A stretch of DNA of 32,000 bases from positions 1,530,001 through 1,562,000 of the forward strand of contig CP006868.1 in NCBI GenBank assembly GCA_025340205.1, given 5' to 3'. Below are positions 1 to 8,546 of the stretch, in pieces. How positions within the stretch are numbered: the stretch's first letter is position 1; every line of letters begins with the position of its first letter. A program made the position numbers and the translations under genes. Under the pieces are notes generated by a model, which was not told where the DNA came from, did not search any database, and was given only the letters and a program-made list of their open reading frames with translations. This stretch comes from Ignicoccus pacificus DSM 13166 (GTDB lineage Archaea > Thermoproteota > Thermoprotei_A > Sulfolobales > Ignicoccaceae).

Positions 1-2
1 AG

Positions 3-869
3 ATGTTCGACGCTGCCTTTGAAATAGAATCAAAGAAACTCCACAAATCCTCTTGGTGCCTTCTCAAGGATAAAACCGTAATCTTAGCCTTCTTCGAGCC
101 CTCCACTAGGACTAGGCTGAGCTTCGAGTTAGCCAGCAAGAGGCTCTGCGCCCATACCCTGAGCGTCGTCGGTGAGGAAGCGATAAGCTTGGCCAAGGGA
201 GAAAGCTTCAGAGATACGATAAAGGTATTCGACACCTTAGGAGATTTGATAGTGATAAGGCACTCTAGGGAAGGGAGCGCTAGGTACGCAGCAGAGATAG
301 CGGAGTCCCCGGTGATCAACGCCGGCGACGGAAGGAATCACCATCCTACTCAGAGTCTCATAGACTTGTATACAATAAAGAAGCTGAAGGGAGATATAGA
401 CGGCTTGAGTTACGCCGTCGTGGGTGACTTGAGGTATGCCAGAACTGCAAGGTCCTTCTTACTAGCTCTAACTAAGTTCAAGCCCAAGTCTATATACTTA
501 GTCGCTCCTCCTCCCTTGAAGCCCCCTCACAACCTCTTGGAGAAGCTGAGGAACAAGGGCTTTAGGATATATGAGACAGAGAAGGTAGAAGATGTAATAA
601 ACATGGTGGACGTGCTCTACGTAACCAGAATACAAAGGGAGAGGATACCCGATCCTCAAGAGTACGAAAGAGTAAAGGGAAGCTACAGGATAACTAGGGA
701 CTTGTTAAGAAAGGCTAAGAGTGATCTAATAGTACTCCATCCCTTGCCTAGGCTCGACGAGCTCGACATAGCTATAGACGAGACCAAACACGCGGCTTAC
801 TTCGAACAAGTTAAGTCTGCCGTACCTATCAGGATGACGGCTCTCGCTTGGAGCGCGGGGGTGCTGTAG
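3..869 (+). CDS. pyrB: aspartate carbamoyltransferase catalytic subunit, 5-prime partial (runs off window start)
   Basis: Carries the ATCase motifs FFEPSTRTRLSFE, HHPTQ and HPLPR. pyrI follows 1 nt after the stop. Roughly the first 15-20 residues are missing. Confidence 0.95.
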   Translation: MFDAAFEIESKKLHKSSWCLLKDKTVILAFFEPSTRTRLSFELASKRLCAHTLSVVGEEAISLAKGESFRDTIKVFDTLGDLIVIRHSREGSARYAAEIAESPVINAGDGRNHHPTQSLIDLYTIKKLKGDIDGLSYAVVGDLRYARTARSFLLALTKFKPKSIYLVAPPPLKPPHNLLEKLRNKGFRIYETEKVEDVINMVDVLYVTRIQRERIPDPQEYERVKGSYRITRDLLRKAKSDLIVLHPLPRLDELDIAIDETKHAAYFEQVKSAVPIRMTALAWSAGVL

Positions 870-870
870 C

Positions 871-1344
871 TTGAAGGCGTTGAAGGTAAGCAAGATAAAG
901 AACGGGACGGTGATAGATCACATCCCAGCCGGCAGAGCCTTAGACGTGCTAAGGCTGTTGGGAATTACCGGAAAGGAGGGGTTCATGATATTGGTTGCTA
1001 TGAACGTCAGCTCCTCTAAGCTAAAGGGTGGTAAGAAGGACTTAGTAAAAATTGAAGGAAAGTACTTGACTCCGAGAGAGGCAGAAACCATAGCGCTGAT
1101 AGCTCCAACGGCTACTATAAATATAATTAAGGACGGAGAAGTAGTCGAGAAGATCAACGTGAGCATCCCGGACGTGATCGAAGGTATCGTGAGGTGCCCC
1201 AACCCTACTTGCATATCTAGAAAGGAGGACGAACCCATAAAGTCCAAGTTCAGGGTTATCAACAAATCTCCCTTGAGGCTCCAATGCTACTACTGCGAGA
1301 CTGAGCTGGAGGAAGAGGACCTATCGAAGTACGTGGTGGGATAA
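871..1344 (+). CDS. pyrI: aspartate carbamoyltransferase regulatory subunit
   Basis: TTG start 1 nt after the pyrB stop. The N-terminus reads LKVSKIKNGTVIDHI and the C-terminal Zn motif reads CPNPTC...CYYC. Confidence 0.93.
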   Translation: MKALKVSKIKNGTVIDHIPAGRALDVLRLLGITGKEGFMILVAMNVSSSKLKGGKKDLVKIEGKYLTPREAETIALIAPTATINIIKDGEVVEKINVSIPDVIEGIVRCPNPTCISRKEDEPIKSKFRVINKSPLRLQCYYCETELEEEDLSKYVVG

Positions 1345-2009
1345 TGTTTAACTTTAAGGTCAAGGAAGTTCTCAGGGCTAAAAGGCTCAACAAAAACACC
1401 TACCACCTCTACGTGAGGTGGGACGAAAAGCCTCCGGTAGGCACCTTCTTCATGGTCTGGCTCCCTGGCTTCGAAGCGATCCCCCTCTCGGTCTCAGGAT
1501 GGTACAGAGGGGCGGTTAGGTTTACTATTCAAGTGAGGGGTCCGACCACTAAAGCCCTCTTCTGGGCGACCAAGGTAGGCCTCATGGGTCCTCTAGGCAG
1601 GGAAGCTCCTCCTCCCCTAGGTAAGCCCACTTTGGTGGCGGGGGGAATAGGGATAGCCCCCTTACTTTACATGTATGAGGAATGGGGAGGAACCCTCTTA
1701 TACGGAGGTAGGAGCGCTAAGGACCTAATACCAGTCGAAGGGGCGATCATCTCCACGGACGACGGAAGCAAGGGGAAGAAGGGGACGGTACTAGACTTGC
1801 TGGAGGAGGTCGGAGCTAAGAGGGACATCTACGCTTGCGGACCTCCAGCCATGCTCAAGGCATTAGGTCAAATGAGTAGGGAGAAAGACTTAAGAGGGTA
1901 TGGAAGTACGGAGACCATGGTTAAGTGCGGAATGGGAATATGCGGAGCTTGCGCCATAAGCAAGAGGTTGCTGTGCAAGGAACCGTGGATTCCATTACGA
2001 GAGATATGA
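1344..2009 (+). CDS. pyrK: dihydroorotate dehydrogenase (class 1B) electron-transfer subunit
   Basis: The ATG overlaps the pyrI stop (TAATG). It has the GGIGIAP nucleotide-binding motif and a C-terminal 2Fe-2S motif CGMGICGAC...C. At 221 aa it is short for the family. Confidence 0.85.
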   Translation: MFNFKVKEVLRAKRLNKNTYHLYVRWDEKPPVGTFFMVWLPGFEAIPLSVSGWYRGAVRFTIQVRGPTTKALFWATKVGLMGPLGREAPPPLGKPTLVAGGIGIAPLLYMYEEWGGTLLYGGRSAKDLIPVEGAIISTDDGSKGKKGTVLDLLEEVGAKRDIYACGPPAMLKALGQMSREKDLRGYGSTETMVKCGMGICGACAISKRLLCKEPWIPLREI

Positions 2010-2010
2010 G

Positions 2011-2065
2011 GCCGGGAGACCTCGGGGTCATCCTCCCGGCTGGGCGGGCGTCAAGGACCCCGAGG
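2011..2065. other. GC-rich pair of mutually exclusive inverted repeats in the convergent pyrK / radical-SAM intergenic region
   Basis: Stem A is gccgggag 2011-2018 with ctcccggc 2033-2040 (8 bp). Stem B is cctcggggtc 2020-2029 with gaccccgagg 2056-2065 (10 bp). The 5-prime arm of B lies inside the loop of A. Confidence 0.4.
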
Positions 2066-2159
2066 CACTCAAGAAGACATCTTCTAAGAGCCCCTAAAAT
2101 GTTTGGAGATGAGGAGTACGCCATCGGAGGAGGGATGACTGGTCGAACCTATCCGATCC

Positions 2160-3269
2160 CTAGAGGAGCTCCTCGACGCTTATGGGGTACTCCGCATCGC
2201 TTAACAAGTGCTCATTACCTAGGTAAACCTCCTTTACGCCAGCTCTCCTGGCCACCTTCATAGCCTCTAAGGCGTGCCTCTCGCTGGTCGTAGGTAGATC
2301 CCTCATCAACCAAGAGGGATAGAAGGCCAAGAGGACCATTGGTACGTTGGAATCCAAAGAGGCTAAGTAAGATGCTATTCCCTCTACCTCTTCTAAGGTG
2401 ACGTATAACGGTACCAAGAGCACACTAACTACTAGAAGCGGAGGTTCCTCCCTCTTCTTCCCCATTTTTGCTATCATCTTAGTGTTCTCCTTGAGTCTTT
2501 CTACGGCCTTCTTGCCATCAACACCCGTTAGCGCCTCGTAGACCTCTGGGGACCAAGCCTTCCAATCTACCTTCACTATTCCCCCACTTCTAAAGCTCAG
2601 CTCAGCCATCTTTCTCATTATTGAAGGATTCTCGAGACCGTTGGTTTCCCAACATATCCTCTTTATTCCGTCGTACTTCTTCAAGATCTCCTCTGAAGCC
2701 CTAATGAAATAGGGTGACTGAGGAGTGGGATCTCCTCCGAAGAAACACACGCACTTAACGTCTTCCCTTCCCGCCTCCTCAACCAGCTCCTCCCACCTTC
2801 TCTCCCTTACTCTGAACAGATCGGTCTTGTGCTCCCAGTTTTGACAGAACAAGCAATCTAAGGTGCAACCATAGGCGAAGACCGCTAAGTTGTAGTAACC
2901 TACCTCGGGACCCGGCACTTCCGTATACTTGGGAAAGCCCCTCGAGGTAGCAGCCGGGCAGACCGGGGTGGCGACGCAGTTGGTTGGTAAAGGATCTAAG
3001 TAGGTGAAGAACTTAGAGGAAGTCCTCAGCCTTCCTCCCTCGTTTCTCCATATTCCACAATAACCGATGCCTCCCTCGGGAATCTCACACTCGTTTACGC
3101 AAAGACCACATCTCAACCCTCCTTTGGGGGGCTTAGGAGGTAACCCTAGCCTGAGTCTCATTAATTCGTGGAAGTCCACCGAGCCCCTTTTCCCTTCTTT
3201 TAAGCATTTGTAGCAAAGACCTATTGACTTGGAAGCCTTGTTCCTCTTACATGCCTCACAGAGGATCAT
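2160..3269 (-). CDS. radical SAM enzyme, pyruvate formate-lyase-activase-like, with N-terminal Cys-rich Zn-ribbon-like extension
   Basis: Radical SAM cluster motif CTLDCLFCQNWEH. Upstream Cys clusters are CEACK...CYKC and CGLCVNEC...YCG. There is also an FFGGDP glycine-rich SAM-binding-like motif. Confidence 0.8.
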   Translation of the reverse strand: MILCEACKRNKASKSIGLCYKCLKEGKRGSVDFHELMRLRLGLPPKPPKGGLRCGLCVNECEIPEGGIGYCGIWRNEGGRLRTSSKFFTYLDPLPTNCVATPVCPAATSRGFPKYTEVPGPEVGYYNLAVFAYGCTLDCLFCQNWEHKTDLFRVRERRWEELVEEAGREDVKCVCFFGGDPTPQSPYFIRASEEILKKYDGIKRICWETNGLENPSIMRKMAELSFRSGGIVKVDWKAWSPEVYEALTGVDGKKAVERLKENTKMIAKMGKKREEPPLLVVSVLLVPLYVTLEEVEGIASYLASLDSNVPMVLLAFYPSWLMRDLPTTSERHALEAMKVARRAGVKEVYLGNEHLLSDAEYPISVEELL

Positions 3270-3334
3270 GGGTATCGAGAGCTCGGGGGACTCAACTTAA
3301 GCCTATCGCCTCTAACTGTAAGAAGGGAAAGGAT

Positions 3335-4408
3335 TTGAGAATAGCCGTTGTCTCCTCATATCCCCCCATGCCCTGTGGGATAGGGGAGTACGCTAGGTCT
3401 CTCGCCGAAAGCTTAGCGGATAGAGGTCACGAAGTAGTCGTGATAGCAACCAAGTGGAAGAACGCGCCGGAAGTGGAGAACGGAAAGGTGAGGGTAGTAA
3501 GGGCTTGGGAGAGGGGGAGCGAGGCCTTTCACAGACAGATACTAAGGGCCATAGCAGAGGAGGGTCCCTTCGACGTAATAGAGTTCCAGTATGAATACGG
3601 ATTGTGGCCCGTTATCCCCCTAGATCCTAGAGGGCTCTGGTTATTGGAAAACTCTCATGACTTTGCTAACTCCATCGTAGCTACGCTACACACCGTTAGA
3701 GTGAGAAACGATCCTATGTGGAAGGAATACCATGAAAGATTAATTAAACTTAGCGACGCAATAATACTTCATCATGTAATACAAGAAATAGCCCTGAATT
3801 CGATGATTACCCCAGAAAAGGTTCACGTAATTCCCCACGGAAGCGATCGTCTCCCTGGGAAGAGGGAGGAGCTAAACTACGAAAGACCTATTTCCTTGCT
3901 CTACGGCTTGCTAAGAAAGGATAAGGGTTTGGAGGTTGCCGTGAGGGCCTTCAGGAAGTTGAGGAGAGGTACCCTCCTGCTTGCGGGCAAACCTCTCAAG
4001 AAAGAGGACGAGGAATATGTAAAAGAGATAGTGAAGGAGTTCAAAGGGAGAATAGTTTGGATCGACGAGTACTTGAGTAGGGAGAGGCTCGGCACCCTAA
4101 TCCGATCCTCGGACTACGTCTTATTTCCCTACAAGGATTATCCGAACGACTACGGAATATCCGGCGCTTTACACACGGTTGTGGGGACGGGGGGCAAACC
4201 CCTATGCTCGAGGACCCAGAGACTAATAGAATGTTGGGAAGTGGCTAAAGAAGCGACCTTCTCCGTGGGAGACTACAACGCGTTGGCTAAGCTCATCGAG
4301 AAAGGGCTTCCGGAGGACGTCTGGGGAAGGCTTTGGAGATTAGGGGACCACACATCATGGCAATCCGTGGCGATCCTGAGGGAGAGGCTCTACTGGGAGC
4401 TCTCGTGA
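3335..4408 (+). CDS. glycosyltransferase family 4 (GT-B, group 1)
   Basis: The N-terminus LRIAVVSSYPPMPCGIGEYARSL is typical of GT4, and the C-terminal half is GT1-like. The ORF-track start at 3224 overlaps the divergent radical SAM gene, so the in-frame TTG at 3335 just before the conserved N-terminus is preferred. Confidence 0.8.
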   Translation: MRIAVVSSYPPMPCGIGEYARSLAESLADRGHEVVVIATKWKNAPEVENGKVRVVRAWERGSEAFHRQILRAIAEEGPFDVIEFQYEYGLWPVIPLDPRGLWLLENSHDFANSIVATLHTVRVRNDPMWKEYHERLIKLSDAIILHHVIQEIALNSMITPEKVHVIPHGSDRLPGKREELNYERPISLLYGLLRKDKGLEVAVRAFRKLRRGTLLLAGKPLKKEDEEYVKEIVKEFKGRIVWIDEYLSRERLGTLIRSSDYVLFPYKDYPNDYGISGALHTVVGTGGKPLCSRTQRLIECWEVAKEATFSVGDYNALAKLIEKGLPEDVWGRLWRLGDHTSWQSVAILRERLYWELS

Positions 4409-4833
4409 TCGCCGTCCGTTAGGTATATGCCAAAGAGAAACGGTGTTAGGGAAAGCACTATTTTCCTTCCCTTTGGAGTTAAGCTGTACTTAACCCTTCT
4501 GGCGCTTCCAGTCATCTTCTCCTCCCTCTTCACTATTCCAGCCCTGACCAACTCTTGGAGCTTGTCGGAGAGCACTCTAGATGATATCCCCAACGAGTTT
4601 TTCAACTCGTTGAACCCCATTTCCCCACTTATGAGTAAGGCATACATTATGTCAGGCACCCACTTGGATGTGAGTAACTCCAAGGAAGGTCTTATCTTGT
4701 CCAGCCTCTCCTTTACTTGTTGAGGTGTTATCTCCTCCTCACACCCGACCTCATACCTCAGCTGCTCTATCTCCCTAATGCAGTTGTTCAGTATTTCCTT
4801 CACCTTTTCCTCGAACGCCTCAAGATCCTTCAT
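4390..4833 (-). CDS. HxlR-type winged-helix transcriptional regulator with N-terminal helical extension
   Basis: SKWVPDIMYALLISGEMGFNELKNSLGISSRVLSDKLQELVRAGIVKRE matches the HxlR wHTH pattern. Its 3-prime end overlaps the glycosyltransferase 3-prime end by 19 nt (convergent). Confidence 0.8.
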   Translation of the reverse strand: MKDLEAFEEKVKEILNNCIREIEQLRYEVGCEEEITPQQVKERLDKIRPSLELLTSKWVPDIMYALLISGEMGFNELKNSLGISSRVLSDKLQELVRAGIVKREEKMTGSARRVKYSLTPKGRKIVLSLTPFLFGIYLTDGDHESSQ

Positions 4834-4839
4834 GCATCA

Positions 4840-5406
4840 TCACCCCTTAGCGAGTACCTCTTCACAAGGGAAGACGAAGCTCCTTCCCGCCTTTTGTAGG
4901 GGAATCTTGACTTCCTTCAAGTCCCATCCCCTCCTTCCGAAGCCTTTGACCGCCTCCCAATGGACCACCTTCCCTATTACCATATCCACCTCAGCTACCG
5001 GGATCATCTGCTTCACCTCCGCCTCTATCCACCCTATAGCGTTCTTCGGTATGGGGGATGGAACCTTCTTTCCCTTGAAGTACTCGACCATTTCTAGCTT
5101 ATTCACCTCCTCACCGCTCTTGGTACCTAACTTCCAGAGCAAGTTAACGTCCTCTACTATTGCTATAGTAAAGTGACCGTACTTCTTTACTAACTTGTAG
5201 GTATAAGTCTCCCTATCCAAAGCTAAGGCAACTAGAGGTTCGTCCGTGGCCACGGGGGTCACCCAAGAGGCAGTCATGAAGTTCCCCTCGGGCGGCTCCC
5301 CGGAGCCGATGACGTAAGCGGGCCGCGGATGTAACAAATGGTACCACGCCAAGTGTGTTCCCCACATTAGTATTGCGATAACAGCTAGTTTATAAGGAAT
5401 GTTCAC
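4840..5406 (-). CDS. flavin reductase-like FMN-binding domain protein
   Basis: LLHPRPAYVIGSG...NFMTASWVTPVATDEPLVALALDRETYTYKLV resembles the flavin reductase-like domain. The N-terminal 13 residues are hydrophobic, and an alternative ATG lies at 5367. Confidence 0.7.
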   Translation of the reverse strand: MNIPYKLAVIAILMWGTHLAWYHLLHPRPAYVIGSGEPPEGNFMTASWVTPVATDEPLVALALDRETYTYKLVKKYGHFTIAIVEDVNLLWKLGTKSGEEVNKLEMVEYFKGKKVPSPIPKNAIGWIEAEVKQMIPVAEVDMVIGKVVHWEAVKGFGRRGWDLKEVKIPLQKAGRSFVFPCEEVLAKG

Positions 5407-5413
5407 GATTCGT

Positions 5414-6493
5414 TCATGGTGCCGGGACGTCCAGACCCATGCTCCAAGCTAACGCATAGGAGAGTCTATGTACATTGAACCCTCCCCTGAGGAGCAGAGT
5501 GTAGGTCAGTAACATTGACTTACACTTGGAACAACTGGTTAAGACTAAGTCCAATCCCTTGAACTGTTCTATCTTCTTTGGACCTATGGTCTCGACCGCC
5601 TTCCTCTTCAACTCATTGACGAAGGATACCCCAGCTCCTCCGCCACAGCACATCTGGATTCTCTCTGAGGGGCCTCTTTCCTCATAGAAGGGAGTAATCA
5701 TCTTTATTATTTCCCTAGGTTCTTGAGTTACGAAGTTGTATCTTGCTAATCCACAAGGGTCGTGATAGCCCACTCTCTTTTCTATCATCCTCTCGACAAC
5801 GATTTCCTTTCTCCTCCGGTATACTGCCTCAGGGAAGGTGAGTACCTTGAATGGGGCCTTTATCCCTATGAACATGTGGAGCCTAGGCCAGACCTTGTAA
5901 TCCGCTCCACATTCGCCAATTATTATTCCTTCTACGTCGAGCTCCTCAGCAGTCTTTATCACTTCCAATGCCTTCTTCTTAAAGTAATCTGGATCAGCCA
6001 TATCGAAGATGAAATTCCCGTAGCCCTCTGGGTGCTTGGAGCTTAGAGTGAAGTCGTAGCCTAGCTTATCGAGAACCCAGAGCTCTGCGAGGAGGTCTAG
6101 TCTGGCGTTTGGCAGAACGTCGAAGGCAGAGGGTAGGAAGAGCCAACGGGCCCTCTCGTCTACCTTGAAGCCCTTGGACTTAGCGAATTCAGCCCACTCA
6201 CTCCCGCCGATGCCGAAGGACTGACCTATCTCCTCGCTCCTCTCCCTTATCTTCGTCAATTCTTCGTGGACTATACCCTTCTTCGTTCTGTACTCGTATA
6301 CCCTTTTATGGGTTGGAACCTTCAAGGGACACTTGAGCACGCATCTTCCACACATGGTGCAAGCCTCTACAGCCTCCACCATTCCTTGAAGCCTCTCCCT
6401 AGGCTTGTACCGAGGGGACCAAGGGCAGGCTTCGGCGCACCAGTCGCAGCCCACGCAACTGTTATACGCCAGCTTGTAGAGGAGGTCTAGCAC
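5414..6493 (-). CDS. (Fe-S) oxidoreductase, HdrD/GlpC/GlcF-like (two 4Fe-4S ferredoxin motifs plus CCG domains)
   Basis: CVGCDWCAEACP and CTMCGRCVLKCP are both CxxCxxCxxxCP motifs. CCG-type motifs are DPCGLARY, MCCGGGAG and TSCSKCK. Confidence 0.8.
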   Translation of the reverse strand: MLDLLYKLAYNSCVGCDWCAEACPWSPRYKPRERLQGMVEAVEACTMCGRCVLKCPLKVPTHKRVYEYRTKKGIVHEELTKIRERSEEIGQSFGIGGSEWAEFAKSKGFKVDERARWLFLPSAFDVLPNARLDLLAELWVLDKLGYDFTLSSKHPEGYGNFIFDMADPDYFKKKALEVIKTAEELDVEGIIIGECGADYKVWPRLHMFIGIKAPFKVLTFPEAVYRRRKEIVVERMIEKRVGYHDPCGLARYNFVTQEPREIIKMITPFYEERGPSERIQMCCGGGAGVSFVNELKRKAVETIGPKKIEQFKGLDLVLTSCSKCKSMLLTYTLLLRGGFNVHRLSYALAWSMGLDVPAP

Positions 6494-6567
6494 TTCCCAC
6501 CCTAGCCATGAGGCGGGAGGATGGGTTTAAGGAATTAGTATTCAATGAGTAGAACCTTCCGGGTACC

Positions 6568-6575
6568 TTTTTTAA
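6568..6575 (+). promoter_or_regulatory. candidate TATA box for rpl7ae-queE
   Basis: ttttttaa lies 42-49 nt upstream of the ATG at 6617. A GGTGA Shine-Dalgarno-like element (gaggggtga) sits just upstream of the ATG. Confidence 0.4.
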
Positions 6576-6616
6576 CACCTCTCGCTAGGCCCACAAGGAC
6601 GAGGGGTGAGATGAGG

Positions 6617-7003
6617 ATGAGCAAGCCAATATACGTTAGGTTCGAGGTTCCCCCCGAGTTAGCCGAGAAGGCCTACGAGGCCTTGAAGAAGGCCAGAGAG
6701 AGCGGAGGAAAGATCAAGAAGGGTACCAACGAGACTACCAAGGCCGTGGAGAAGGGTCTAGCCAAGCTAGTGATCATCGCTGAGGACGTGGATCCGCCAG
6801 AGGTAGTAGCCCACTTACCTCTGCTATGCGAGGAGAAGAAGATACCTTACGTCTACGTTCCCAGCAAGAAGAAGCTAGGAGAGGCTGCCGGAATAGAGGT
6901 TCAAGCCGCCAGCGCTGCTATAATCGATCCCGGCGCCGCCAAGGACCTCGTAGAGGAGATCATAAAGGAGGTAAACGAGATCAAGGCCAAAGCTGGCCTC
7001 TAA
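6617..7003 (+). CDS. rpl7ae: 50S ribosomal protein L7Ae (also a C/D and H/ACA sRNP component)
   Basis: [47 protein letters not shown]...[38 protein letters not shown] is unmistakable L7Ae. The ORF-track start at 6545 adds a non-conserved extension, so the ATG at 6617 is preferred. Confidence 0.95.
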   Translation: MSKPIYVRFEVPPELAEKAYEALKKARESGGKIKKGTNETTKAVEKGLAKLVIIAEDVDPPEVVAHLPLLCEEKKIPYVYVPSKKKLGEAAGIEVQAASAAIIDPGAAKDLVEEIIKEVNEIKAKAGL

Positions 7004-7013
7004 GGTCTTAGAG

Positions 7014-7673
7014 TTGATTTTTCTCATCGAAAAATTCATCTCAATACAAGGAGAGGGGGTCCTAATAGGAACTCCCGCCCTCTTCATAAGACTTGCTAAG
7101 TGTAACTTGAGATGTCCCTGGTGTGATACCAAATATAGTTGGGAAGAGGGGAGGGCCGTCTCCGTCAGTTCCTTAGTTGAGGATGTCATAAATCTCGATC
7201 TTCCCTTAACGGTCCTAACTGGAGGGGAACCCCTCCTCCAACAAAGGGAGCTCAAAGATTTGATTGAGAAAAGCAGGGAGAGGGACTACAAGGGCTTATT
7301 CCAGATAGAGACAAATGCTACCATAGAGCCAAAGGAGCTAAGGGGGTTAGAGGGGGTTCTTCTAACGCTAAGCCCAAAGGTGACTTGCGACTACTACAAG
7401 GCATCTCCTAAGTTGGTAAAGAAGATTTTAGAGGACTACAGCGATATGGTACTGGAACTTAAGCTTGTCGCCAGAAAGAGTGACTTACCTTGCGTAAAGG
7501 ACTTCTTATCTAAGATGGGGGATATAAGTAAACCAATAATTCTCCAGCCTCTCTATGAAAAAGAGTATGAGAAGGAGGCAAGAGAACTCGTCGAAGCCGT
7601 CTTAGAGGATAATGATTTGAAGAAGAGGGTTAGGGTCATACCACAAGTACATAAGTTCTTAAAAATAGATTAA
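7014..7673 (+). CDS. queE: 7-carboxy-7-deazaguanine synthase (radical SAM; archaeosine/queuosine precursor pathway)
   Basis: ISIQGEGVLIGTPALFIRLAKCNLRCPWCDTKYSW, plus the GGEPLL motif. The TTG start lies 10 nt after the rpl7ae stop. Confidence 0.85.
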   Translation: MIFLIEKFISIQGEGVLIGTPALFIRLAKCNLRCPWCDTKYSWEEGRAVSVSSLVEDVINLDLPLTVLTGGEPLLQQRELKDLIEKSRERDYKGLFQIETNATIEPKELRGLEGVLLTLSPKVTCDYYKASPKLVKKILEDYSDMVLELKLVARKSDLPCVKDFLSKMGDISKPIILQPLYEKEYEKEARELVEAVLEDNDLKKRVRVIPQVHKFLKID

Positions 7674-8545
7674 CCTACGTAGAAGGTACAACTTTCGCAC
7701 TGAGCGGCGAATGCGTTGATATAGCTAGTAACATTCCCTGTAGACTCAAGTATTGGTTTCAGCTCGTTCCAAGTTACGATCTCGCCTGCCTCCACCTTCT
7801 GAGGTATGTTGCCGGGATTGGGAAGTATCTTCTCCGCGAAGTATACCTTAACGGTATAGCTGGTGTAAGTCCAACCGTATTCAGGTCTTATTATAGGAAC
7901 TAGCACCGGAGCTACCGCTCCTGGCGATATGTATTGGATTAAGTTGTAGAGGTACAACTTGTAATCAGTGCCTAGCTTTTTACATACATTATCTATATAC
8001 CAATTTATTACATGCTTATCGTGTTCTTGATCACAGTTTATGTACAGAGCCTTCATATCGTATATCGTTCCATTCGAGTATGTGCATACCGCTAGAGTGT
8101 TGTTCTGATGAGTTAATGGAACGAAAGTCAAATTACCTATTATGTACTTCCTAGTAGCGTTGGTATAGACGTCCTTATTGGATAGTAAGGATTGCTCTTC
8201 CTGACCTGGTGAGTAGCTCCTCAGCAAGGCACCGCTCGTACCGGCTTGTAGCTGAACTAGGGAGAGCCACCATCTGGCGCCGGAGGTCTCTTGAACGCAA
8301 GCTATGGGTATCGTTCCGTTCTTGCTCTGACTTCCGGTTACGTTAGCCTCGACGGTGATCACGCCTACCACGGTAACAGGAGGGTTGAACGCAATAGCTA
8401 CGTTCTGCTGCTCTTGCTTGAGAGTTTGAGCTTGCTTAGAGGTAGATGACATTAAGAAGGTAGCAAAGAGAGCGGCTACCGCCAAGAATATCATTATCAG
8501 AACTAACACTTCGACCGTATTTATTACTCCCTTTCGCTGTAGCAT
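7670..8545 (-). CDS. secreted or surface protein with class III (type IV pilin-like) signal peptide; predicted N-glycoprotein
   Basis: The N-terminus MLQRKG/VINTVEVLVLIMIFLAVAALFATFLM has a basic-Gly cleavage-type motif followed by a hydrophobic helix. There are seven N-x-S/T sequons (NVT, NGT, NAT, NLT, NNT, NGT, NVT) and six Cys. Confidence 0.6.
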   Translation of the reverse strand: MLQRKGVINTVEVLVLIMIFLAVAALFATFLMSSTSKQAQTLKQEQQNVAIAFNPPVTVVGVITVEANVTGSQSKNGTIPIACVQETSGARWWLSLVQLQAGTSGALLRSYSPGQEEQSLLSNKDVYTNATRKYIIGNLTFVPLTHQNNTLAVCTYSNGTIYDMKALYINCDQEHDKHVINWYIDNVCKKLGTDYKLYLYNLIQYISPGAVAPVLVPIIRPEYGWTYTSYTVKVYFAEKILPNPGNIPQKVEAGEIVTWNELKPILESTGNVTSYINAFAAQCESCTFYVG

Positions 8546-8546
8546 C

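Noticed and set aside
918-1284. Antisense ORFs inside pyrI (918..1265, 1042..1284). Similar shadow ORFs lie inside argG, rgy, NFACT, the helicase, ABC genes and other real genes.
   Set aside because: They lie entirely within well-supported genes on the opposite strand or in another frame. Their products are low-complexity (Ser/Leu/Pro-rich), so they are typical shadow ORFs.
1921-2263. ORFs 1925..2263 (+) and 1921..2124 (-) spanning the pyrK / radical SAM gap
   Set aside because: They overlap the ends of two solid genes. Their Arg/Pro/Gly-rich products come from the GC-rich inverted-repeat region. That region is reported as a possible RNA or regulatory element instead.
6586-6620. K-turn in the rpl7ae 5-prime leader (L7Ae autoregulation is known in some archaea); the leader is GA-rich (ggugagaugaggaugagc)
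   Set aside because: I tried all stem / 3-nt bulge / GA ... GA / stem registrations by eye and found no complementary C-stem. The GA richness is explained by the SD-like GGUGA and the Met-Arg-Met codons.
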